Of a DNA stretch of 64,000 nucleotides, positions 17,519-26,775 are shown in pieces. The notes beneath the pieces were generated by a model. The model ran no database searches, was not told where the DNA came from, and saw nothing but the letters and a program-made list of their open reading frames with translations. Position numbers and translations under genes: made by a program. The stretch's first letter is position 1. The number at the start of each line of letters is the position of its first letter. Source of the DNA: an archaeon (GTDB lineage Archaea > Nanobdellota > Nanobdellia > Woesearchaeales > GW2011-AR15); assembly GCA_043826135.1 (NCBI GenBank), contig JBDRQT010000053.1, positions 4,266 to 68,265 of the forward strand. The letters are read 5' to 3'.

Positions 17519-18940
17519 CTATGCAACATTTACATCATGGCTTTTGCTTTCCCGAACACCAGCCTGCGTGATCTGGATGAATTCTCCTCTTCCTTTCAGA
17601 TCCTTAATAGTCCTTGCGCCGCAGTAGCTCATTCCGCTCCTGAATCCTCCTACAAGTTGGTTTATGATATCTATTACACTCCCCCTGTAAGGAACTGTTG
17701 CTTCAACTCCCTCTGGAACAAAATCACTTATATCTGAATCAGATTTGGATTTTGCATCCCTGCCAAGTTTTGCGCCAAAAGATGCCATGCCCCTGACTAC
17801 TTTGTATTTTCCTCCATTCTTCAGAATTGGAGTGCCTGGGCTCTCATCAGTCCCTGCAAGCAGACTGCCAAGCATAACTGACGATGCGCCGGCTGCGATA
17901 GCCTTAGTGATATCACCCGACTGCTTGATGCCGCCATCAGCAATTATCGGAATTCCATATTTCGCGCCTTCTTTTGCGCAGGATAGTATTGCAGATAGCT
18001 GCGGATATCCAGCTCCTGTAACTATCCTTGTTGTGCAGATTGATCCTGGCCCTACTCCAACCTTTACACAATCTGCGCCGGCTTTTATCAAATCCCTTGT
18101 GCCATCAGCTGTTGCAACATTTCCTGCCATGACTTCAGTCTTAGGGAAACTGCTCTTCAATCTTTTCAGCACTTCTATCTCAATATCTGAATGGCCGTGG
18201 GCAATATCAATAACGAGCAGATCAGCGCCAGCTTTGATGAGTGCTTTTGCCCTGTCAAGAGCATCTTCCTTTACTCCGATTGCTGCCCCAACCCTTAGGC
18301 TATGCTTAGAATCAAGCGTAGAATTCGGGAATCGTGTCTTATTGTGGATATCCCGACCGGTCACAAGCCCGGCTACAGTCCAGTCATCATTGATTAGCGG
18401 CAATTTCTCAATTTTATGCTTCATCATTATCTGTTTTGCCTTCTCAATCTGAATTCGGTTTTTAGCCACAATAAGTCTTTTTTTGGGAGTCATCAGCTTA
18501 TATATCGGAATATTTTCAGAAGGGTCAAACCAATAATCTCTTGAGGTTAATATTCCGATAAGACGTTTAGAGTCATCAAGCACCAATAGACTTGTTACAT
18601 CATGCTTTTTCATTATTTCTTTGGCTTCTGCAAGGGTTTTTTCCGGAGTTGTCCAAAGAGGATTTTCAATGATTGCATTTCTATGTCGTTTTACTTTTTC
18701 GACCTCTTTTACCTGCTGCATAGTTGTATTGAACCTATGAATAATCCCTATGCCGCCAAGATCTGCAAGAGCAATAGCCATGTCAGCCTCAGTCACAGTA
18801 TCCATGTTAGAGCTGACAATGGGAATTTTAAGTTTGATATTCTTGGTCAAGAAAGTCTCAGTAGAAACGTCTTTCCTGCTTTTTATGGGTGACCTTTGCG
18901 GAATAAGAAGTACATCATCATAACTAAGCCCAAGTTCCAT
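17519..18940 (-). CDS. guaB: IMP dehydrogenase (with CBS pair)
   Basis: 473-aa ORF. LTYDDVLLIPQ-type N-terminus (LSYDDVLLIPQRS), catalytic loop GVGPGSICTTR, CBS-domain insert, and GGIKQSGDITKAIAAGA. Confidence 0.9.
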   Translation of the reverse strand: MELGLSYDDVLLIPQRSPIKSRKDVSTETFLTKNIKLKIPIVSSNMDTVTEADMAIALADLGGIGIIHRFNTTMQQVKEVEKVKRHRNAIIENPLWTTPEKTLAEAKEIMKKHDVTSLLVLDDSKRLIGILTSRDYWFDPSENIPIYKLMTPKKRLIVAKNRIQIEKAKQIMMKHKIEKLPLINDDWTVAGLVTGRDIHNKTRFPNSTLDSKHSLRVGAAIGVKEDALDRAKALIKAGADLLVIDIAHGHSDIEIEVLKRLKSSFPKTEVMAGNVATADGTRDLIKAGADCVKVGVGPGSICTTRIVTGAGYPQLSAILSCAKEGAKYGIPIIADGGIKQSGDITKAIAAGASSVMLGSLLAGTDESPGTPILKNGGKYKVVRGMASFGAKLGRDAKSKSDSDISDFVPEGVEATVPYRGSVIDIINQLVGGFRSGMSYCGARTIKDLKGRGEFIQITQAGVRESKSHDVNVA

Positions 18941-19308
18941 AAAATACCATAGAAGATGATTATTTTTGTGGTTTATATAGCTATTTATTTACCTTACCGA
19001 CCAAATCTTCGATTATATCAACCACAAGATCTGTTATTTGACCTAAAAATGAGGGTGATTCTTTTTCATCCCACGTATAATCTACTCTTCCATTATAGCT
19101 GTAGTGTGACATTTTTTCCCTCCCCTCACAGGCAACCGAACAATGTGCCGCAAGTAATGCATTTATGGCAAAAATAATCCTCCATTGCTTTGCAGTCAGA
19201 TGACTTGCATTTCGGACATATCGGCAGTGACATTTGTTTGATGCTCATTTTAATCTCTCTTTATTTAAGATAAAGTACATGCGCGCAATATATTAAACTT
19301 GCACAAGA

Positions 19309-19322
19309 ATAAGTATTATAAT
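19309..19322. repeat. Direct repeat copy R1 (AATAAGTATTATAA; extended 19307-19353 GAATAAGTATTATAATAATTATTATAAGTATAATAAGTATTTTAAGG)
   Basis: A 14-nt exact match plus a further shared AAGTATTTT with copy R2 at 22508-22531. The two copies bracket a 3.2-kb segment carrying two minus-strand genes. Confidence 0.5.
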
Positions 19323-19347
19323 AATTATTATAAGTATAATAAGTATT

Positions 19348-19905
19348 TTAAGGAATCATTAATTGAGCCAATGCAGCACCAAATCCATTGTAAAAGATTA
19401 TCCAAAAAATAAAATTCAGTATTCTTCTCGGAATCTGTTCTAATGCCTTGCCAGTGCCCACAAATAGGAATTCAAATAAAAATTGCACTGTGTAGCGAAT
19501 TATCAAGAAAACAATACCTACAAAAACAATGGAATATTTACTAAAATAATGCACAAATAATGCCATTACTGTGAGTAACAATTGTGAAAAGATTATTCGC
19601 AGACCGACCCGAGTAGACATTGCAATGCTAATCCATGACGAACTCACCACAATAATTGCCTCCTTCGGACCATAGACATAACCGCACATGGTGGTACCGA
19701 GCGATATTATTTCTAATGGCAATTTTATTCCTGTCCAGGATTTAAAATTTAGGACAATAAAATTAAGTATAATAAAAAATGCCACAAAAAACCATCGTTT
19801 AAACAACAAAAAAAAAGCAAACAAAATAATCAACGAGAGATTAATCTTGAAACGAGTATTATGAAGATAGGATTTACTTACCTTATCATGTCTTCTTTTT
19901 TTCAT
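19348..19905 (-). CDS. Hypothetical polytopic membrane protein
   Basis: 185-aa ORF with about 5 hydrophobic helices. No motif recognised. Its stop abuts direct repeat copy R1. Confidence 0.4.
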   Translation of the reverse strand: MKKRRHDKVSKSYLHNTRFKINLSLIILFAFFLLFKRWFFVAFFIILNFIVLNFKSWTGIKLPLEIISLGTTMCGYVYGPKEAIIVVSSSWISIAMSTRVGLRIIFSQLLLTVMALFVHYFSKYSIVFVGIVFLIIRYTVQFLFEFLFVGTGKALEQIPRRILNFIFWIIFYNGFGAALAQLMIP

Positions 19906-19947
19906 ACATAAATGTAAGAATAAGTCTATATAAAAATATATTCAATA

Positions 19948-22452
19948 TCACAAAAACCTTTCTTCAAGTTGATTATACAAAAACAGATAACTACCTATTA
20001 CTTCAAGCAGATACTTATTTTCAAGCGATTCCGGCAAAGTCAGGCTGCCAAGTTTCTCAATATTTGTCCAAATTCTTTCTGAAAATTCTCCACTCGCGGC
20101 TCCGCCAGCTAATTGTGTTAGATTTAATTCAACTAATCGTTTTTCTGTACTTTGTTTTTTGTTCCAATAGGGCTTACTCTCCCTATAGGAAAACCCATAT
20201 TCCCTGGATAAATCATACAAATTAAGTGCAACTTCGGTTAGCAGCATATTTTCCTTGGAAGAGGAAGGCATTTTGGTTTTGTCCATTCGTCGCAGATATT
20301 TTTCAAATTGTCTTATTACTCCCTGCTTGAGACCTTGCATTGCGCACGATGCGTACCAAAGATCTTCAACTTCACTGCCCCCATGCTCATAAATATAATT
20401 CATGGAGACAAAATCTCTGACAAATCCTACACTTCTGGCATCCCACTCATATACAAAATCCTCAGCTGTTAGTGAAAGCACACTATTATTATAATCAACT
20501 TCAGTTGAATATAATTCATTAAACCACTCTTGGTTGATTCTATTTCCCTGGTTAAATAAGGCTGTTTTGGTCAAAATAGCCTGGATCTGCTGATAATATT
20601 CTGTTTCTATTGATCGAGCACTTGCAGCATTCCACTCATTGCGCAGCGATCTTGTACTAATATCAGTAACTAACATCTGCAACTGATGGATAGCAACATC
20701 TACATCAACCCGCCTATTAGTGTAGTCAGGACCTTCATCCTGAGCTGTCCTAAATAAATAGGAAATCATTCTCGACGATAAATGCAGCGCCAGATTGATT
20801 ACCTTAGCTTTCATAAATTCATATTCTTGTTCAACCATGAATATCGGCGTATTCGGGAATCTTTCGTTTCGATGAATCCACATCGGCCTTTCGAGGTGAC
20901 AGCTTGATTTTTCCTTGAATACCCTTCCAATATCCAGTGCATAAAATACACTACGTATATTCCTTGAGAACTGTTGGAATGACCGTGGTGAGATTTCGTA
21001 TCCCCTTTCCACTGAATTCACGATTTTGGCAATGCCTTCTTTTGATTTTTGGGCCCAAAGGGGTAATTCCTTTCCTTCAAGAATTTCTAGTAGTGTTCTT
21101 ATCCCCTCCGTTTCCAGAACGTACATTGCGAAATTATCTGGGTGAACATCATGTGTGAGGCTAGGCGCTTCAGCAATTGCTCTTGCAACTTCACCCTCCT
21201 CACCAAAAAGTGTTGAGTTAAGTAGTGTTTCCATTTTCCTTACAGACTTGCTTTCCCTAGCTGGCTTTATTCGATCATAATTTCTTAGGAATCTATTAGA
21301 GAAGTCATATGCCTTTCTTGGTCCGATTGAAGAAGGAAGCAAACTTGATGCTTCGGCAGCCATTCTTCCCATCGCATATTCATCCATGGCAGTTAAAAAA
21401 ACTTGAGCTAGCATTTCAGTTTTTTTATCTTTGTGATCTAAAACACAGGAAGTAATTACTTTCGTCATTGGTATGACAGGATATTTTTCAGATGTTGTCG
21501 TAAAATATCCATGCCAGAAGTCTTCGAGTGGTTCTTTGACTCCTAATATATATTTAATTGCTGTATACTGCGGTATGGGAAATGTCTGCAATGAATGCAT
21601 TAGATAATGCAAATGAAGTGAAAATATTCTTTCTACATTTCTTCTTGTGTAAGGTGTATAATTTACGAAAGTGGATTCAGGATCTGGCAATTTAAGAGTT
21701 GTCATAAATTGATGTTGCCCCCTCATAAGCTTAGTTACTCTAGAATTTTGCTCTCTTTCTTCCTTATTTCTTAATTGTTTAGACCACGTATGAGGCCAGA
21801 TTTGCCAAACTCTTTTTTTTGGTTTATTTATGTATTCCACTCTACCAAAGCTAAAAAGCGATGCAGTGGCTGCATAGTTTACATCCGAAAGTAGTGTGTC
21901 TTCACCATGCTGTCTTAGCAGACCACACAATGAATTGTATTCCCTTTTCAAATTAAAATTCTCAGGGAGTTTGATGGGTAATGGTTGCGACATCTTTTCC
22001 ATCAATTGAATCATGCTTCCAATTTCTTCAGTATTGGCTTCATCGGTCGATATCCAACCAATCAATTCTTTGAGCAAAGATGGTTTGTCCATAAAATGTG
22101 GATCAAATCGATATTGAATCAAATTAGATTTCAATTCCTGAGAAAGAGTCAACAATTGTTCAGGTAAGAATGTTTCCAGATAATATGAAAAAAGAATATT
22201 TGGATCATGATTGATCACCTTAATCTGTGGCAGGTAGCAGTCAAGTAGTTCATTATAATTTATCGCATCAACAAACTGTGAAAACATTGCTGCCCTTCCT
22301 ATCCCAACAAGCAGCATCTCGACCCTATCTACTAGAGTAAATCCACGTGAATCAAGATTATCTCGGAGAGATTTATCTTTAAGCAAAGATTTAACCTGAT
22401 TCTTCAAAATAGGTCGATTCAATCCTTTGGCCATTTTTTCAGCAGTTTGCAT
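19948..22452 (-). CDS. Large hypothetical protein (834 aa)
   Basis: Long uninterrupted ORF. No recognisable motif. Bracketed with the 185-aa membrane protein by direct repeats R1/R2. Confidence 0.45.
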   Translation of the reverse strand: MQTAEKMAKGLNRPILKNQVKSLLKDKSLRDNLDSRGFTLVDRVEMLLVGIGRAAMFSQFVDAINYNELLDCYLPQIKVINHDPNILFSYYLETFLPEQLLTLSQELKSNLIQYRFDPHFMDKPSLLKELIGWISTDEANTEEIGSMIQLMEKMSQPLPIKLPENFNLKREYNSLCGLLRQHGEDTLLSDVNYAATASLFSFGRVEYINKPKKRVWQIWPHTWSKQLRNKEEREQNSRVTKLMRGQHQFMTTLKLPDPESTFVNYTPYTRRNVERIFSLHLHYLMHSLQTFPIPQYTAIKYILGVKEPLEDFWHGYFTTTSEKYPVIPMTKVITSCVLDHKDKKTEMLAQVFLTAMDEYAMGRMAAEASSLLPSSIGPRKAYDFSNRFLRNYDRIKPARESKSVRKMETLLNSTLFGEEGEVARAIAEAPSLTHDVHPDNFAMYVLETEGIRTLLEILEGKELPLWAQKSKEGIAKIVNSVERGYEISPRSFQQFSRNIRSVFYALDIGRVFKEKSSCHLERPMWIHRNERFPNTPIFMVEQEYEFMKAKVINLALHLSSRMISYLFRTAQDEGPDYTNRRVDVDVAIHQLQMLVTDISTRSLRNEWNAASARSIETEYYQQIQAILTKTALFNQGNRINQEWFNELYSTEVDYNNSVLSLTAEDFVYEWDARSVGFVRDFVSMNYIYEHGGSEVEDLWYASCAMQGLKQGVIRQFEKYLRRMDKTKMPSSSKENMLLTEVALNLYDLSREYGFSYRESKPYWNKKQSTEKRLVELNLTQLAGGAASGEFSERIWTNIEKLGSLTLPESLENKYLLEVIGSYLFLYNQLEERFL

Positions 22453-22507
22453 CTTTGTATAAAGTTGCTATTTATAACTTTTACTACTTTTTAGTTAGTA
22501 TTGACTA

Positions 22508-22531
22508 ATAAGTATTATAAGTATTTTCCGT
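22508..22531. repeat. Direct repeat copy R2 (AATAAGTATTATAAGTATTTTCCG)
   Basis: Shares AATAAGTATTATAA and AAGTATTTT with R1. Lies in the divergent intergenic region between the 834-aa gene (minus) and the AbrB/PhoU-like gene (plus), adjacent to a TTATATAAAG TATA-like element. Confidence 0.5.
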
Positions 22532-22561
22532 AAATTATATAAAGTAAATAATAATTTAGCA

Positions 22562-23524
22562 TTGAAAATGATAAGAAAGGTATCGAAGGTTGGCCAAAGT
22601 TCACTGGTTGTATCACTACCCTTCGAATGGGTAAGGCATTACAAAATCAAGAAGGGCGATGATATTAATCTCACCCCCAAAGGCAAATCACTAATCATTT
22701 CAACTTCAAATGAAAGTGACGGAGATGATATTACAATCAATCTGGATAATAAGAATACTGGCCTATTATGGAGATATTTCATGGGTGCATATGCAAGAGG
22801 ATTCAAGACAATCAAAGTGGTATTTTCTCAGGAAAATATCGTTGTGACCGATAAGATCTTTAGGAAAAGGGGTTATAAAACAATCAATCCAATGGAACTT
22901 GTAAATGAATCTGTCAAAACAATGATTGGAATGGAGATTGTTGAACAAAGAGCCGGAACATGCACGATAAAACAGCTTGCGAATATCAGCGAGGACGAAT
23001 TCAATGCAACTCTTAGAAGAATGTTCCTAATTGTAAAAGGGATGCTTGAAGATATTTTGAAAACGCCAGAGGATAAAATGATACTTCTGACAAACAATTT
23101 GCTTCTTGTGGATGAGACGATCAACAAATTTACACTATTTTGCAACAGGATAATAGCTAAAAAAGACCTCTCTAACACAACCAATGTGGAACTGTATTAT
23201 TCTATAGTGAACGGTATCGAGAGAATTGGAGACGAAGTAAAAGATATTCCAAAACTCTTACTTAAAAATGATCAAAGATGTACTGCTATCGTACAGTCAC
23301 TGACTGATCTTTTTACGGATTTCTATAAAAATTTTTATGAATATGACGACAAATTGGCAGACAAAGTACTCCAGAAATCAATTGATATCAAGAGGTCATC
23401 TGACAAGCTAGTTGAATCAAGTTCTGAAGATTGGCTAAGTCTGTTCGCGGGCAAGATAAGAAATATTACTGGACTTATCAGGTATCATACAGAAGAAATG
23501 ATTCAATTGCACTTATCAAAATAA
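22562..23524 (+). CDS. AbrB/SpoVT-domain plus PhoU-like regulator (archaeal phosphate-uptake-regulator family)
   Basis: N-terminus MIRKVSKVGQSSLVVSLPFEWVRHYKIKKGDDINL is a swapped-hairpin AbrB-like domain. C-terminal helical region carries the PhoU-like signature IERIGDEVKDI. Confidence 0.55.
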   Translation: MKMIRKVSKVGQSSLVVSLPFEWVRHYKIKKGDDINLTPKGKSLIISTSNESDGDDITINLDNKNTGLLWRYFMGAYARGFKTIKVVFSQENIVVTDKIFRKRGYKTINPMELVNESVKTMIGMEIVEQRAGTCTIKQLANISEDEFNATLRRMFLIVKGMLEDILKTPEDKMILLTNNLLLVDETINKFTLFCNRIIAKKDLSNTTNVELYYSIVNGIERIGDEVKDIPKLLLKNDQRCTAIVQSLTDLFTDFYKNFYEYDDKLADKVLQKSIDIKRSSDKLVESSSEDWLSLFAGKIRNITGLIRYHTEEMIQLHLSK

Positions 23525-23529
23525 ATTAT

Positions 23530-23925
23530 CTAACTCATTAATTTTGCATCTAGGTCATGTCCTGTATACCCTGGTCGCGGAGAACTTTCGATCCAATCAA
23601 GACTAAATAACTGATAGACCTCTCTGACTTCTTCGACCGGAATTCGGTCACCATTTTTTGGATACAACCTAACATGCATCAGAGAAGTAATGTTTCCATT
23701 TCTAGTAAAGGGAGGGCAAAAGGACACAACCGCCAGTCCAGGGGGTCCACCCAAATTATAAAAGGTCTGTCTTGGAAGTGATGCTTCTCCTATATCAATC
23801 GATTCTTTCCTGCTCCAAACATTCATACTTAAACCATATAAATTAGCCAATGTCGGAAGCATTGTATTCAAAACTTGATTGAATATAGCCATTGCTAAAT
23901 CAACCTTGTAGGATGCGACAACCAT
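23530..23925 (-). CDS. Hypothetical protein (131 aa)
   Basis: ORF only. No motif recognised. Confidence 0.35.
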   Translation of the reverse strand: MVVASYKVDLAMAIFNQVLNTMLPTLANLYGLSMNVWSRKESIDIGEASLPRQTFYNLGGPPGLAVVSFCPPFTRNGNITSLMHVRLYPKNGDRIPVEEVREVYQLFSLDWIESSPRPGYTGHDLDAKLMS

Positions 23926-24061
23926 TTCCCCATCAAAATTAAGTGCAAGTATATAAATCTTACCACTTAAAAGTAACTAACTGTATATAATTTTATATAC
24001 TATTAGCCAAAAAAAGTTTTATAGCAAAGATTAAATATAATAACTGAATAGTAGTAGTAAT

Positions 24062-24916
24062 ATGTCACAAGAAGGATTTCAAATTGAAGCAAGAGCAGCC
24101 ATTCTTGCTGCAAATGCAGGAGCTGAAATAATTGCTGAATATGCTCCTATTCTTTCACAACCTGATATAAAGCGAGATTTGGCTGAACAAAAACCAGACG
24201 GTTCATGGAGAACAATTGCTGATATCGAGAGCGAAGAAGCTATACTCAGCATTCTGCATGAAAGATTTCCTCATTCAACAAAAATCGGAGAAGAATCCAA
24301 TCCTATATATGGAGATGATGGAGATATATGGTATATCGATCCATGTGATGGAACAAATGCACTACTTGGCGGTGTTCCATACGTTGCTGTGTGTATTGCT
24401 CTTGAAAGAAAGGGACGAAGAGTTCTTGAAATTATTAATACTCCACTGATTGAGCAGGGAAGAAGCTATCGTGCGATTATTGATGAGAAGCCAACGATGT
24501 TTGATGGTTCACACATACATGCTCTTCCTATAAGTGTACCCAATAGCCTTGATGAAATAACAATCATACCTCATTTTCCAAGAACTCGGACAAGGGATCA
24601 TGAGATTTTAAGCAATTTAGCAAATGGTAGAATCATTCATAGTACAACCTGGAAAGCTGGACATGCCTATCATGTTGCAGAAGTAGCTCACGGGTTCCCA
24701 AATGTATATTTATTTGAGACTCCAAGCAATCTTCCTCCATGGGAAGCAATAGGAAATTTGCTACTTTCATGTATGGGTGGTGTCTATACAAGCTACCAAT
24801 TTGACACTGGTAGCCCAAAATTCACAATTGTAACGACCTCACAAGAGGTTTATCATAAACTTGAAAGTGAACTTCGAAAAGCCAATTTTGGGTATGGTCA
24901 TACTCCAAGGAGATGA
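24062..24916 (+). CDS. Inositol monophosphatase / FBPase family protein (SuhB-like)
   Basis: WYIDPCDGTNALLGGVPYVAVCIAL matches the IMPase metal-binding motif (W-x-x-DP-x-DGT ... FAVSIAL). Upstream EESN acidic motif. Confidence 0.7.
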   Translation: MSQEGFQIEARAAILAANAGAEIIAEYAPILSQPDIKRDLAEQKPDGSWRTIADIESEEAILSILHERFPHSTKIGEESNPIYGDDGDIWYIDPCDGTNALLGGVPYVAVCIALERKGRRVLEIINTPLIEQGRSYRAIIDEKPTMFDGSHIHALPISVPNSLDEITIIPHFPRTRTRDHEILSNLANGRIIHSTTWKAGHAYHVAEVAHGFPNVYLFETPSNLPPWEAIGNLLLSCMGGVYTSYQFDTGSPKFTIVTTSQEVYHKLESELRKANFGYGHTPRR

Positions 24917-25390
24917 TATTTAAATCATTTTTTTGTACTCATCATAGGTGTTATTTAACCAGGTGATATATCCACTGGTCAGATTCTCTTATACCTAAGA
25001 AATAACGCTGTCTTTACACAACCCCAGATGCTAAATCAATTTTATATACTTCAGATAGGGGGGATCCTGCAAACGAGTCCCATTCTTAATAAGTTCAGTT
25101 ATTGTCATTGTATCGCCATCTTGTGCAAAAGTCAACGGTTCAAAGGTATACCTTCTTACTGCAAGTTATCCATTTCTTTGAAATCAACTTTTAGTGTAAG
25201 GTCATTTTTTTAGAACAAATCCTAATTCAGCAATTGTATATCCAGATTCCTAAGATTCATAAAATTAAAGTTATACTTAAATACAATACTTACTATCGTC
25301 GGTACGCTACTAATTCAATATTGTAAGAACCTCCTACTAATAGGGCAAACTCACAGAGGAAAGTCCCTGAAAAATTGAAAATAAAAAAAA

Positions 25391-26683
25391 TCACTGGCAA
25401 TCGAAGCAAGGCCAGTTGTTCATGTTGAAACTGATGTCCTGCGAGACACTATCAGTTCCATCAGATATAGTCACTGTGACTTTCTTCTGGCCGCCTTTCT
25501 CGCCGTATTTGACTGTTTTTTCGCTAGCGTCCATGAAGCCGGAATAGCTTACTTCAAGTGAATCCCCATCTACATCATAAGCTTCCACATTAATTGTTAT
25601 TGTAACTTCGTCACCTGGTTTCTTTAGGACAACTTCTCCTGGAGTAAGGGTAATCGACTTAATTTCAGGAGCTGTATTTTTCTTTGATAGTTCGACAAGA
25701 ACCTCATTGACCACTTCATTTTTTCCGTCTGATGCACGTACTGACACTTCATACTCACCTGCATCTCCTGCCTCTGTCTGCCATTTCCCTTCTGCGTCAA
25801 ATGGCTCTGAATATGAGAAACTTACTATATCTCCGTCTGGATCAGTTCCTTCTGCTTTTATTTCAACCAAATCCCCCTCAGTTGCGATTATCTTTGCAGG
25901 CGAGAGCATATTCACAACAGGCATCCTATTATAAGGATTTACAACAATAGTCACATCCTTAGTTACTATCTCTTTTCCATCATCTGCCCTGATAGTCACT
26001 TTGTATGTGCCAGCATCATCAAATGTTGTCTGATATGTTTTGGAATCAATCCATCCAGAATATATGACAACAACCTCGTCGCCGTCAGAATCGCTTATCT
26101 GAGGGTTTAGTCTTATCAGATCTCCTTCAACAAACTCAAGCTTGTCAGGCATAGCAATCACTGGTGCTTTGTTTTTAACAAGCACATCTATTGTCATCTG
26201 CTTTGTCACAAATGAGTCTTTTCCATCAGTGGCTGATACTATAACTGAATAAAATCCGGCGTCTCCTGCAACTGTCTGCCAAACTCCATCTGCATCAAAT
26301 GGCTCTGTATAACCCATTTTTACAGGATCACCATCTGGATCATTCACAAATGGTTTTAGATCAATCAAGTCGCCTTCATATGCAACTATGTCTGCCGTTT
26401 TCCCGGTTGATTCTTCCTTTACAAGCTCAACTGTATTTTCTGGTTCCTCAACTAATTCAGTAGGTTCCTGGGCTTCTTCAGATGATTCTTCAGGATTTAC
26501 AGCCTCAACAGGTGCACTATTTTCTTCCGGCACACCAGGGCTAATATCAACATTTATTCCTTCAGGCGGACTAACCGCATCACCTGTTGGCTCATATGGC
26601 CTGTACGGTGTGCAGGCTGCAATCATCATTATCAAGACAGAAAATAGCAAGACTATTTTTTTATTCATCAAAACCCCTCCCAT
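25391..26683 (-). CDS. Secreted lipoprotein-like protein with four cadherin-like / DxDGD calcium-binding repeats
   Basis: Signal peptide with a Cys (MNKKIVLLFSVLIMMIAAC; likely start at nt 26668). About four ~90-aa repeats, each with DPDGD/SDSDGD/TDPDGD/YDVDGD followed by a (Y/F)SEPFDA(D/E)GxWQT...GDAGxY...DGK motif. Confidence 0.5.
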   Translation of the reverse strand: MGGVLMNKKIVLLFSVLIMMIAACTPYRPYEPTGDAVSPPEGINVDISPGVPEENSAPVEAVNPEESSEEAQEPTELVEEPENTVELVKEESTGKTADIVAYEGDLIDLKPFVNDPDGDPVKMGYTEPFDADGVWQTVAGDAGFYSVIVSATDGKDSFVTKQMTIDVLVKNKAPVIAMPDKLEFVEGDLIRLNPQISDSDGDEVVVIYSGWIDSKTYQTTFDDAGTYKVTIRADDGKEIVTKDVTIVVNPYNRMPVVNMLSPAKIIATEGDLVEIKAEGTDPDGDIVSFSYSEPFDAEGKWQTEAGDAGEYEVSVRASDGKNEVVNEVLVELSKKNTAPEIKSITLTPGEVVLKKPGDEVTITINVEAYDVDGDSLEVSYSGFMDASEKTVKYGEKGGQKKVTVTISDGTDSVSQDISFNMNNWPCFDCQ

Positions 26684-26775
26684 TATAAAGTAATAATTAT
26701 TTGTTACTCTTCCTAAATGTTAACTAGTATTTATACTTTACGGAAAGAATTAAATACTCCTCTACAAAAAGATAT

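Noticed and set aside
17745-18452. 235-aa plus-strand ORF inside guaB
   Set aside because: It is antisense to a high-confidence IMP dehydrogenase and has a low-complexity Pro/Ser/Ala-rich translation. It is an artefact of the guaB antisense frame.
25350-25375. GAGGAAAGTCC string resembling the RNase P RNA CR-I/P4 motif in the long 24917-25390 intergenic region
   Set aside because: The rest of the CR-I consensus (GGGC) is absent (CTG follows). An RNase P RNA starting here would run straight into the 25391-26683 CDS, and the reverse strand has no match. Most likely chance.
24917-25390. tRNA or other ncRNA in the 474-nt intergenic region
   Set aside because: I could not hand-fold a cloverleaf or find conserved ncRNA boxes. 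Only a weak 7-bp long-range pairing (GTTATTT/AAATAAC) was seen. Left as an unexplained long intergenic region.
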